Counted from the stretch's first letter, positions 1 to 11,400 are shown. The stretch is 47,547 bases of DNA from Saprolegnia diclina VS20 (GCF_000281045.1 NW_008246124.1:307629-355175); one strand, 5' to 3'. Numbers and translations are program-made. Notes: generated from the sequence alone by a model not told the origin.

Positions 1-616
1 GCCTACACGACATTGGGTTCAGAGGAAGCGGCAGTGAAGGCAGCGTACCGTCGTTGTTGTCCTTGAACTCTTGGATGAAAAAGTCGACCGCGGCCTTGCG
101 GTAGCCTTCCTCGTCTTCCTCGTCTTCCTCGTCTTCCTCGTCCGACTCTTCCTCGTCGGACGGCGGCTCCCACTCGGGAATCTCGAGCTTCAAGAAGGCT
201 TCGTACTCTTCGAGCGTAAAGTCCTTGTGGTCGCCTTGGTCGTCGCAGCGGAAGAGGAGGATGTCGCCCTTGATCTGGCCGAGGCGGCCGTGGAACGGCG
301 GCTGGAGCTTGTGCGTCGTGAGCGCGACGCCCGAGTCGACTTCTTGGTGCTCCGGGTTGCACATGAGCATGACGCTGAGGTCCTCGTACTGGCCGACAAA
401 GGTGTGGTCGCCGCCAAGCAGCGCCTGCACGGCTTGCTTGCTCGGCGTAAAGTCGACGTCGATCTCCTTCTTCTCGCCCGCCTGCTTGAGCAAGACGCAC
501 TTGACGATCGGGCCTTCGGCGCTCATGACGGCCTCAATGTCGAGGCCGGCCATGAGCTTGGCCTTCTTGGGCGACGAGTCCTTGCCGTCGTGGGCGCGCT
601 TCTTGTCGTTGGCCAT
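1..616 (-). CDS. Hypothetical protein with acidic tract, 3'-partial (exon 616-49, intron 48-3, continues beyond window start)
   Basis: ATG at 616 opens a stop-free frame MANDKKRAHDG...VKCVLLKQAGEKKEIDVDFTPSKQAVQALLGGDHTFVGQYEDLSVMLMC...THKLQPPFHG...IKGDILLFRCDDQGDHKDFTLEEYEAFLK...DEEESDEEDEEDEEDEE...FKDNNDG with strong C/G third-position bias. It is followed by a 46-nt GTACGC...TAG intron. It is absent from the ORF track because no in-frame stop lies in the window. Confidence 0.8.
   Translation of the reverse strand, partial: MANDKKRAHDGKDSSPKKAKLMAGLDIEAVMSAEGPIVKCVLLKQAGEKKEIDVDFTPSKQAVQALLGGDHTFVGQYEDLSVMLMCNPEHQEVDSGVALTTHKLQPPFHGRLGQIKGDILLFRCDDQGDHKDFTLEEYEAFLKLEIPEWEPPSDEEESDEEDEEDEEDEEGYRKAAVDFFIQEFKDNNDGTLPSLPLPLNPMSCR
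106..141 (-). repeat. 9-bp tandem repeat x4 encoding the DEE acidic tract
   Basis: (CTTCCTCGT)4 on the plus strand, within the gene 1 coding exon. Confidence 0.85.
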
Positions 617-627
617 GGCAGCGGGTT

Positions 628-638
628 GGGAAATGGAG
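628..638 (-). promoter_or_regulatory. Candidate initiator (INR-like) element of gene 1
   Basis: Minus strand CTCCATTTCCC about 12-22 nt upstream of the ATG resembles the oomycete YCATTYY initiator core. It is a short motif and could be chance. Confidence 0.3.
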
Positions 639-683
639 AGGTTTGGCTGGTGCGAGCCTGGCCCCACACCGGACCTACGCTTT

Positions 684-765
684 TTTTCATGGGTCCCCCC
701 GGCACCCACTCGTTTTTATCAATAGGTTTGTATGATCAGAGGGGCTGCCCCGGACCCCATGAAAA
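684..765. repeat. Imperfect inverted repeat upstream of gene 1
   Basis: TTTTCATGGGTCC (684-696) versus GGACCCCATGAAAA (752-765), differing by one base, with weaker inner arms (GGCACCC / GGGCTGCC). Confidence 0.55.
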
Positions 766-1098
766 TCGTTGAAGTTGGAATCTTATTGAATCTCATGGCT
801 GCGGATCGGTGGCCATGAAGCGGGTGCGACGGCCTCTGCCGCAGCCGACACGTCCCGAGACAAGCGCGCCACCCGTTGCCAGCACCGCATGCAGCTACGA
901 GAACAGGTAGATGCTACATCGGCGGGACGGCGAGCCCCGAGCATCTCCACCTGCATGATGCAGAGGCCTGGGCCCATGCACGAGGGCCGCCCAGTACGAG
1001 ACAACGAGTTGGCTCGTCCAAGCGTTGCGCCCACCACAGCATGCTCGAGACGTCGATACTGATGCAGGAGTCGTTAGTGCACATGCTACTACAGGGTC

Positions 1099-2087
1099 CT
1101 ACGGCGGCGTGATGGAGAGGAGCTCGACTTCAAAGATCAAGTCGGCCTTGGCGGGAATCCCCGACCGGCCCTTCTCGCCGTACGCGAGCGGGTACGGGAT
1201 GAAGATGGAGGCCTTCTCGCCGAGGCTGAGCTGCGGAATGCCCATCTCCCAGCCCTTGATGACGCGGTTCTGGCCAATCGTAAAGCTAAACGGGCGGTTC
1301 GCTCGGCGCGACGAGTCGAACTGCGTCCCGTCCGTGAACGTTCCGACATCTACAAGGAAGATAGGACACAGAAACGACGTCGGGCTCAACGTACAGTGCA
1401 CCGAGACCGTGTCGCCGGCCTTGGGGAACGTCTTGCCATCGCCCGGAGACAGCACGTCAATCTTGAGCCCCGACGACGCCGGCGACGGCAGCGACTTGCC
1501 GTTGATCGCGATGAGGTAGACTTCAAAGATGAGGTCGGCGAGCGGCGGGATATCGCGGCCTGCGCCCGTCTCGCCGTACCCGAGCGCCGACGGAATGTAC
1601 AAGTTGGCCGTCTCGTTGAGCGTCATCTTGGCGAGGCCATGGTCCCAGCCCGCAATGACCATGCCCTCGTCGAGGTTGAACACGAACGGCGAGTTGCGGC
1701 TGTAGCTCGAGTCGAAGAGCTTGTTGTCGCTCGCGAGGCGACCCGCATCTAGAGAATACTGGTCAGGTCCATGCGCGAGCGCGGCTATGTACAGTGGACG
1801 GTGAGGCTGTCGCCCTTCTTCGGGTACGTCACGCCGTCGCCCGCATGCAGAACCTCGACGACAACCGCGTTGGCGTCGACAGCCCGCTGGAGCAAGGCAG
1901 CCGGCGACGGCGACGTCGGTCCGGCTGGCGCGAACGAGACAAAGTTGTAGGCCAACGCGAAGAAGCAGAGCACTGGCAGCACGTAGATCCAGCGGCGGCG
2001 CCAGTCGTGGTCCAGGCGCGGGTAGGCCACGGACGGCTTGGCCCCGCGGGGGCTCGTCGCGTTCACGGGCTCATACGCGTTCATCAT
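1099..2087 (-). CDS. FKBP: Membrane-anchored tandem FKBP-type peptidyl-prolyl cis-trans isomerase, about 299 aa (exons 2087-1793, 1748-1395, 1349-1099)
   Basis: Two complete FKBP domains: GDGVTYPKKGDSLTVHYAGRL...FDSS...VIAGWDHG...IPSALGYG...IPPLADLIFEVYL and GDGKTFPKAGDTVSVHYVGTF...FDSS...VIKGWEMG...IPYPLAYG...IPAKADLIFEVELL. GT-AG introns at 1792-1749 (44 nt) and 1394-1350 (45 nt) restore VHY in each domain. An N-terminal hydrophobic segment WIYVLPVLCFFALAYNFVSF follows RRR. Confidence 0.93.
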
Positions 2088-2460
2088 CGCACACCTCGCG
2101 GATTTGTCCCAGATCTTCGATTTCTAAAACACCTTGCGTCAGGCGCGGTGGTTGGTTTGTCCCGGGGAATTAACTGGGAACAACCTCTTCTGCACTGGCG
2201 TCGCCGTGTCACGCCGCCACCGTACCGGACCCATCGACACTGATAGCAAGATACGCACCACGACTGAGAGCTCTGCCAACAGCCCATTGCTGGGTAGCTG
2301 CGCCGCATGTAGTCGAGGTTTTCAAACCCCTGCGTAAGCTCCTGCGTAGGGTTGAGAGCTTTGGGGCGCGTGTATAATGCCCAATCTTTGAAAGGTTGCT
2401 CCGAGTTAAAAACCCCAATATGTATGTATCTATCTTTCGATCCTTCGAAGCTATTTCGCA
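2088..2460. promoter_or_regulatory. Divergent intergenic/promoter region between FKBP and the giant receptor gene
   Basis: 373 nt between head-to-head start codons (2087 minus, 2461 plus), more AT-rich than the flanking coding DNA. No specific element identified. Confidence 0.55.
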
Positions 2461-5400
2461 ATGCTTCGAGCCTTGGCGCTGATCGTCGGCGTCGTCGCCG
2501 GCCAAAGCTGCAGCCCGACCTCGGTCTTCTCGTGCTACGACCCGGCTACGGCCTGTGGTAGCTGCACGCTGGCGGTGGCCGCGGCGCTGCCCACCTACGC
2601 GTCGTACCGCAGCGCCTTTACGACGTGGAACGGCAGCTGCGAGCCCGCGGTGGCCTCGTCGCTCTGCCCGCCTGGCGGTCCATGCTGTGTCGCTGTCGGC
2701 GGCGCGTTCGCGCCAACGTCGCCGTTCCGAGCGCTCTGCGGCCGCAGCACGCCATCGATCGCGCGCCTGCCCATGGCGGTCACGGCGACCGGGACTGTCG
2801 TGACGCTGCCGACGCCGCTCGCCGATAGCAGCAACGTGACGCTTCTCACCGACATGCGCGATACATCGACAGTGTTCGAGTTTGCGCTACCCAGCGGGTC
2901 GCTAAGCGTGCGCCCGGCCGACCAGCTGCTCACGTGGCGCAGCGCTGGCGGCGACGACGTCACGGTCAACATTCCGTCCGGGCTGCTCTCGAATGCGACG
3001 GATGCCACGACGTGGACCTTCACCAGCACGTTTGCCGGCTTGCAGCTGTACGAATCCAAGCTTTTTGAAAAATGACCAAGTCCATCCTCATCCCTTGTAG
3101 GAGCATCAACGGCTTCTCGGCGGCCGTGCTGCCGACGACGCTCACTGGGACGATGACGCTACGACCGCCAGCAAACGGCTCGTGGTGCCTCTACGACGCC
3201 TACGCGAGCGCGAGCGCACGTCGGTCGTTGCCGCAGGTCTACTCAGCCCGTGGCTGCGCATGCTTGCCAACGTTTACGAGCTCGGTCGTCGCGTACACGT
3301 ACTGCAACCAAACGACGCTGTCGTGTGTGGTCGAAGACGCGTCGGCGTGCGCGTTGCCAGTCGCCAACGACGGCGTCGACGCCTGCAACGGTATGCATGT
3401 CCTTCCGATGTTGACGTGATGAATGTATTGGCATCGGTAGTCGTGCACGTCACGCTTTGGTGGCTCCCAGCAGGCATCTACGGCAGCGTCCTCAACGTTA
3501 CCGTCTACGACGATAACGGCGTTTACATGGGCGCGCTTGCGTCGCCTACGATCGTTTCGACGCTGCAGTCGTACGCGCAACTCGACGTCGTCGTGCCGTC
3601 GCTCATGCCAGCGTCGGTCGTCGGCCGCATCGATGTACGTGCTTGCTTTCTCGATTGCAGTATGGACGATTCTGTCTAGATCGACGTCGGCGGCGTCCGC
3701 GTCTGGAACTTTCTCCAAGCCGACGTCACGCTCAACGACGGTCCGGTGCGCCACTTTGCAGTGCCACCCGTCGCGACCGCTGGCGGCTTTGCAGGCTTCG
3801 TGTCCATGCGTCCCCTTCCAACGCGCGGTACCTATGCACTGCCATAACGATCTGGAGCGAGGTCGGCGTGTAGATCTACCCGATGTCGGCTGCAACCTGG
3901 CGTCGCCTGGCGCTTGTGGCTTATATAATGCAAACCGCAACGACTCGGCACGCTGGTACGCGTCGGTTGACGCTGCGTCCGAGACGCCGATGCTCTCGGT
4001 CGTTCCGTCGTCGTACGCGACATCGACGGGTCGCAACTTGCGAAATGCGGCGCCAACCGACCAAGATGTGCCGTGGTCGGTGGTCGTCGCCAACGGCTTC
4101 CTCGACTCCAACGGCCGCGTCCAAGTCGCCGTCACCTTTGGCACCGGCCGCATCGGGTATAGGGCGTCGGCGTGCGAGATCGTTGTGGCAACTGCCACGT
4201 CGGTCGTCGATGTCACGGCGTCTGTGAACGGCACCCAGTGGCTCGACTTGCCACCAGGCAAATATGTACTCGAGCTCACGATCTTGTCGTTGTCAACGAC
4301 GGCCGTGGACGTTGCATTCGTGCACGACGACGACGACGGGGCCTTGGTCGCCCCACTGCAGCTCCAGGCGCCGCCGGCCGTCGCCTATCCGCGCGACACG
4401 GTGACGACGGCGACCGCGACGGTACCGATCCCGATCGTCGATGCCGTCGCAAATTTGACAGTCACGCGCATTCGCTTGGCGTGGAACTCGACGCACGCGG
4501 TCGATGCGTGCGCACTGCCGCAAACTTCGTACGACACCAACTCCGTGGCGACCGAGTGCTCGTGGTCGTCGCTGCCGACGTCGGGCGTCGCCTTGTCGCC
4601 GTTGCCGTCCTTCGCTGGCACCGTGCACCTTGAGGTACGTGTCGAGTATACCGACGGTGCCCAGGCGTACGCGCTGGCCTATGCATGGACGGCGCACATT
4701 GGGGCCGCGGACGTCGGGCCGTTGGTCGTCGGGGCGTTTCCAACTGCAATGTCGACGCCCGGCGACGCGACTTCACTGCAATTGAGTGTGCAACGGTGGC
4801 GTCCGCGCATGCTCGTGGAGCTCGCGTTGGCGCACGTCAACGGTCAGTGCCCGCTTCGATCGGTATCCATTGGCTTGTTCACGCTGATGCCGCGCGAGAC
4901 CACGGATCGGACGTGCGTCGTCAAGCTCCCGTCGTCCGTGTTCAAAGCTGCGACGGCGACGGTGCCGGCGACGGTGCTGTGGCACGAGACGGCTGCTGGC
5001 TGGGTGGTCGCTCGCGTTGAGACCTCTGGCCCCACGACAGTTTACACCCGACCGGCCGAAGCCTATGTAGCGTCGGCCTCGCCACTTTTGCTTGTGCCGA
5101 GTGTTGCCACATGGACGCCGGGTTTTGATCCCGCGGCGATAACGTTGGAGGTGGCCATCGATCCCAGCGTCTGCGAGCTGCATGTGACCATACCAACGTG
5201 CCCTTCCCTGTCGCCGACACGACTGGCGTCCGTCATGACGATGACACCGACGAACGAGTGCATGCTTCAGCTCTCTACACCGGCATCTGCGGTTGGTCGT
5301 GTGTGGTCGACGACGCTGCCGAGAAGCGCGAGGGTCGAGCTGACCGACATTGGTTGCGGGGGACAGCGCCATCGTCGGGTTCTGTCGCCGCCTTCAGCCG

Positions 5401-8400
5401 ACAGCCAGCGGCGCCTCGTGTCGACAGCAACGTACGCCACAGCGCCAAGCGGGCGCTTGGCGGGGACGACGGCCATTGCATCGGCCGATGGCACCTGCAT
5501 CCTCGATTTGATGGCGGTAGCAAAGACGTTGAATGGATCGGGTCTGGCGCAGTTTACATGGCCGTACGGCGCGCTGCTCGACCTCCGCGTTCAGGTGGGC
5601 AGCGGGACGACGCAGGTCGTCGACACTTGGACGGGGGCCACCAACGTGACCCTTATGAGCTCGGTGCCGACGGCGCTCTTTTTTGTCCCCACCGATGCAT
5701 CGCCCGCCACGATCGACTGGTCCATTGCACTGGCCAACGGCACGCAGTGGCCACTGGCAGCGGTCGACTGCCGCCCGCTACCGACGGTGCCCGGTCTCGT
5801 GCGCCTCAACCGCTCGCGTGTCGCCGTGGGCAGCTCGCTGCTCGTCGCGTCGCTTGTGCCAAGCAACGTCACGGCGTCCATCGACGTCCTTCAGCTCTTC
5901 CTCGGCGCGCCGGTGGCAACCATTCGACTTGATGAATCGGTGGTCGCGGTTGGGCCGCTCTCATATCTTTCGTTGTACGACGTACCGCTGGGATCGGTCT
6001 TGACCCTGGACACCAGCAACGCTTCTGTTGCTGTCGATGCCGTTGCTGCAGTGTTGGCGTCTGGCGTGTTCTGGACGTCGACCGTTGTCGCGCCATGGGG
6101 CAACGGGTCCGAGTGCGCAAGCGACGCCCCATACATTGGGGCGCCTCTCATTGAACCTTCCCTGCCGTGTGCCACCAGAGTGTCTTTGCCTCTGCTGACC
6201 CTCCCACCAGTCTCTCTAAACAAGCACGTGACCATGACCGTCACCCTCGCGCCGTGCTTGAGCGGCCTGGTCGCGCAATGGTCAACACCCGTATACGAAC
6301 CGACGCCGTGCGTTTTTGTTGTGCCCGCAAACCAGTCAACGTCGGTGTCGGTGGTGGTGACGACGGCGACCGCATCGGTGCTCTCCTTCTCTCTCGCAGC
6401 GACAGCTGCCAACGCGTCGGATGCCTCCACCTCGGTGCGCAATTGGACTGTCGCGACACCAGCGGCCTGCAGCGACGCCACGGAGGCAATGCCAGACGAG
6501 CTACCCGACTGCCCGACACTCCAGCCGTACGTGGTGACGGCGTCGGTCGTCCAAGGCCAACCATTCGACGTGGTCGTGCCCTTGCCAGACACGTCGCACA
6601 CGTGGCAAGCGTCGCAACTCACCATCTCCATGTCCCCGTGTGGGGTCCTTCAAAACATGTCGGCGTCGATTGCGGCCGATGCGTCGTCGACGTCATGTGT
6701 CCTATTTTATAGCAACGTCCGAGCACCCGTCGTTCTCACGTTGACGCCGGTGGCCAACTGGTTTGGACAACTCATGCTCTCGGTGCAGTCGACGCAGTCG
6801 GTGCTAAATGGTGCCCTGGCCTCGCCGTTGCAGCTGCACCCGTTGCCAAACATCCGGCAGCTTGTGCTGGAAAGTGCGCTGCAAATTGCGTTGACGACGC
6901 CCGGAAGCCTCTACGCTCGCACGGCCCTTGGCGCGTGGCAACCGCTTGCCGCGCCGACGTCTTTGCTGCGCATTTCCTTTGGCAACGGCGTTCTCTGCGG
7001 GACTACGTTGATGGCGCATCTCTACTGCAGTGCGTGGAACACGACGTCGATGACGCTCAATGCGTGGATGCTGCTGCGTACTGACGCACGGTTTGTGCTC
7101 GTGGCCAACGGCACGGTGGCGGTCATCACGACCGACGCGGCCGTCGTCGGCACGACGGTGACGGGTCTTGGCGCGGCGTCGACTTGGTCTGCCTATACCG
7201 CGTTTCAACAGCCGTCGACGGGCATTGCATGGGACGGACACTACGTCTTGAATGTGATGTACAACCAGCTCGTGCTCGCTACAACGCCGACGTCCGACCT
7301 CGCGGAGTTTGGGTCGGCCAACTACCTTCCAGCGTTCGTCGGACCCACTTTTGAGTGGTCGTCACTGCAGCTGGTCCACGGCACCGCCTATGTTTTGGAC
7401 GCTTCGGGGCTCGTCTGGTCCCGACGACTCTCGACGTCGCTCGTCGACTGGACGGTCGTGTCGCCGCGTAGTGCTCGGTGGAGCTTCTTTGCCGTCGCCG
7501 GCTCCGGCGAGCTCTGCGGTGGCAGCCACGATACCCTCATCACATGCGGAGCTCTTCGAACGAGCGTGCCGGTGGTGCAGTCGCAGTGCCAGTCGCGGAG
7601 TAGCGTCGTGGCCAACTGGGTCTACGGCGCGTCGACGGTCGCGTCGTCGCTGCGCACCGCGGTGCTCTTGAGTCAGGTGTTTCCGAGCGCGTCACCGCTG
7701 ACGTTTACACTTAGCTATCGTTTCCAAACGTGTACGTCCTCGTGCTGATGTCAGCGACAAGCACACTGACTGTGGTGTCTCCTAGTGTACGCGAGGCTTG
7801 ACATCACAGCGCACGTCGACGGCAACGAGTCGATGACAACGCTGTTTGCCTCGGATCCGGCCAACATGACGCTCAGCGTGTGGACGCCCGTGACGCTGGA
7901 TGCGCGGTCCTTGGCCGGCACACCGTTCCGACTCAACATCACAGCGACGAGCTACGCCGCGAACGACGTTGCGATCGCCGGGTTTAGCGCCAACTCGGCC
8001 ACGCCGTTAACCGGCGCGTTGGTTGTCGATGCGGTGACCGGCGGCGCGGTGACGGTGCTCCACGCGCCGTCCCCGATGGCCAGTGACGACGGGTTCATTT
8101 TGCAGTACACTGCGACGGCGACGTCAATGAACGGGACTGGGTCGCCCCGCAGAGTCTACAATGGTGGGCATTGGGCGTCGGGAAGTATCGGAACCATTAT
8201 CTGTATGTAGGTGACGGCATGAGCGACGTCGGGTGTTTCCAGGCGGCGGGCCTCGGACTCATTCCGGCGCCATCGACACAGTTGATGACCCTTGGTGACT
8301 GCGCCCGTCTCTGCGCTAGCTCGGAGCGTCAAGCCAACTTGACCGCTGCAAGTCTACTGCGCAGCGCAGGTCCTATTCTCTTGCGCTCCAACCTTCTTGG

Positions 8401-11400
8401 CTGGACGGTCGAGATGTACTTGTTTCTGTATGCGCAGACGCCGTCGGCCGTGCTCTTTATGCTGGACGCAACGATGGCGTCGGTGGTCTTGGGCCGTACC
8501 GTCGTCGTCGTCACGGTCACCGGCAACGCGGTGCGGATCCCCTACGCCTTTCCACTGCACGAGTGGTTCCATCTGGCGTTTGTGTACAACGACAACGCGC
8601 ACTCTGTCCGCTTCTTCGTCAACGGCGTCCCCGCTGCGTCCGCAGTACTGCAAACGACGTGGGCGCCAAGCTCGTCGCCGCGCCTCCAGATTGGCGCCGG
8701 TACCATGATCTCGTCTCGACCATTTGCCCAAAGGTGCGTGTAGATACGCTTTGGAACACAGCTACCGTGCCGCTTCTGGCCATGTTGGACAAGGTACGCA
8801 CCGGCGTATGTTCACCGACGATTAATGCTGGTGTAGGTGCGCGTGTGGGGCCTTCCGCGCTCGGACGCTGCGATTCGGCGGTTCTGGGACCAGGATGTTA
8901 TTGACGCTGCCATCGCCGTGCACCTGCGGTATCTCTACTACTTTGTCGATATGAACCCTCCCACCACCGTCGTCCGTAGATTCAACGACCTCGATATCGC
9001 CACGGACGTCTCGGGCAACAACTACACGTTCATCGCCTCCAACGTCGAGGCCGTCGCCAGCCGAGCGCCGTCGCGTCGGTTCGGCTTGACCCAAGGAGGT
9101 GTGTGTCTGTGCGCACCGCTGCCCTTCGTTGGCCAGCGCCTCGCTGACGGCATGTGCAACGCGTCCTGCATGTTCCGACCGTCGACAAGCTGCGGGGGTA
9201 CGGATGGCTCGGTGGCGAGCGTCTACGAGGTGGGCCGCTTTGTGCTCTCGGGCCTGGCGCCGTCGACGACGTACCGCATCGATGTCTCGTACGCGACGAC
9301 GTCAGCGTCACGCACCCTTCCAACGACGACGGTCACCACCACGGTTGCAACGGCGCCTGGCCCCGTGAATCGCCCGTTCCGAGGCCGCGCTCTGGCCCCG
9401 GGCAGCCTCGTCGTCAACTGGTGCGCAGACTCTTGAGATAGATGCTGTAGTATCGAACGGTATACGGGTAGGAATGCTACTGTCGACACGGGTGGCGCGA
9501 CGCTCACGGGCTTCAACGTGTACGTGAATGGCTTCTTCGTGGCGACGGCAGAGGCGACGGCGACCGACATCGTTGTGCCCAATCTCCTTCTTTCGACCGA
9601 GTACCGTATCACGGTCGCTGCCGTCAACGCGATCGGCGTCGGCGCGCCAAGTGCGCCGTTGACGTTGCAGATGACGTATGCGCCCGTATCGCCGACGCCA
9701 CCGCTGTCGATGCAACTGCTCAACGCAACGGCCGGTGCACTCCACGTGCGTCTCGGTGGCGTCGTCTTTTGCGGTGGTGGCCCGCTCCAGAGCGCGTACG
9801 TGGAGAAGAGAACGGCCCAGTCGGTCCGTGAAGGCGCCGGCTTTGTGTTCGGCGCGATCGGCGGCACCCCAAATGCCGCGGGCGACATTGATATTTGGGT
9901 GTACGGCCTTCCGAGCAGCGCGACCGTTGTGCTCCACGCTCTCGTCATCAACGCGTTTGGGTCCGCGAGCGACTATGGCCCCGTGTTTGCGTTTTCAACA
10001 GCCGCCAGCTCGGGGTACCCGGTCTCCCCCGTCCCGAGTGTGACGAGCGTCTCGGGTTGGTGATGCTAGTCGTATGTATGGAGATTCATTTGATGTGTAG
10101 GCGGTGCGATCGGACTGGCGCTCCTGCCGCCACTCGACACCCGTACGACGCCGATGTTGACGTTGGGTTTTCTTATTCCTATTGCTTAGTCGGCGCAACC
10201 GTGGTCGGGTACGAAGTGTTTTTGCGACCGACCACGAGCAGCGCGTGGCTGCGAGCTGCGTCGACGTCGGGGTCGAGCCCACTGGTGACCGTGTACACAG
10301 ACCCCGCGACCCAGCTGCCGCTGCAGCCGTCAACGACGTACGCGATCGAGGTCGTCGCAATCACAGACACGATGATGTGCAGCCCACTCTTGGATCTCTC
10401 GGGGTTTGGTCAAACGGTCAACATTGCTACCAATGCTGCGGGACTTCCAAACCCACCGAGTGTTGAGGTGCTGGCCATCGGGTCGAGCTACATTGCTTTT
10501 GCGTGCACGCCGCCCCTCGACATGCAAGGCGCCACCTTGCTGGAGCTGGTCGGAAACGTCTCGGGGACGCTCGTGCCCGTGCCTCTCGCCGGCAACACGA
10601 CGTTCAAAGGTCTTGGCGGCAACACAACGTACGACGTCCAGTGCGCGATGCAGACGTCTCTCAATCGCACCGCGTGGAGTGCACCGGTCTCGGTCAAAAC
10701 GAGCTTGGTGCAGCCGCCGGCGCCGGTGCAGCAACTAACGAGCGTCGCGCTGTCACCGAGCCGCGTGCAACTGTCGTGGAGCGCGCCAAAAGACTGGGGC
10801 GGTGCGACCCCGACGGGTACGTGCACGCTCGCAAGTGGCTGGAGATGATTGAGACTCTTAGGCTATTACATCTACCGCAACGCGACGTCCTTGGTGCTGG
10901 TATCGGCCGTCTCGCCCGAAACCACACAGTTTACGTTGGGCTCTCTGCGCTTCAATACAACGTATGCGCTGATCGTCGTGCCGTTGACGACGAGCCAAGC
11001 GGGCGACCCGTACGCCGGCCGCATCTCGGCGACGACCCTTCCGACTGCGCAGGTGGGGGCGCCCCCCGTCCCCGTCGTGGACGTCTTCGGTGCCGACTTT
11101 GTCAGGCTTGTACTGACGTCAACGCCGGAAAGTGGCGGCTACGACACCGTGAGCTATCAAGTCAACGTGACAGCACCGCAGTCGTGCTATGTACCGACGG
11201 CTGCCGATCCGTGTGCGACGTGCAACGGCTACCGCGCGCTGACGTCAGCGACGGCGACGTCCCCGTGCGAGGCTGTCAATGGAATTTGTTATGCGGGGCA
11301 ACTGCAGTGCGCGTACATCCCGCTACCGACGACGGTGTGTACGCTGAGCTCGGTCGCGGTGGCCGCCAACGCAGAATGCACCGCGACAGGACTCGCTCCG

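Noticed and set aside
71..772. 233-aa plus-strand ORF with a hydrophobic FLV repeat
   Set aside because: It is the antisense mirror of the acidic DEE tract of the minus-strand gene 1.
783..1098. Short ORFs between gene 1 and FKBP, and a possible SECIS
   Set aside because: No recognisable product, no in-frame TGA in the adjacent genes, and no SECIS quartet in the hairpin.
3537..3873. N-terminal part of the 1403-aa ORF as a separate gene start
   Set aside because: It is out-of-frame read-through of upstream exons and introns; the true frame enters at 3874 via intron 3828-3873.
4031..4043. RNLR as an RXLR effector motif
   Set aside because: It lies hundreds of residues from the signal peptide, has no dEER motif, and sits inside a membrane protein ectodomain.
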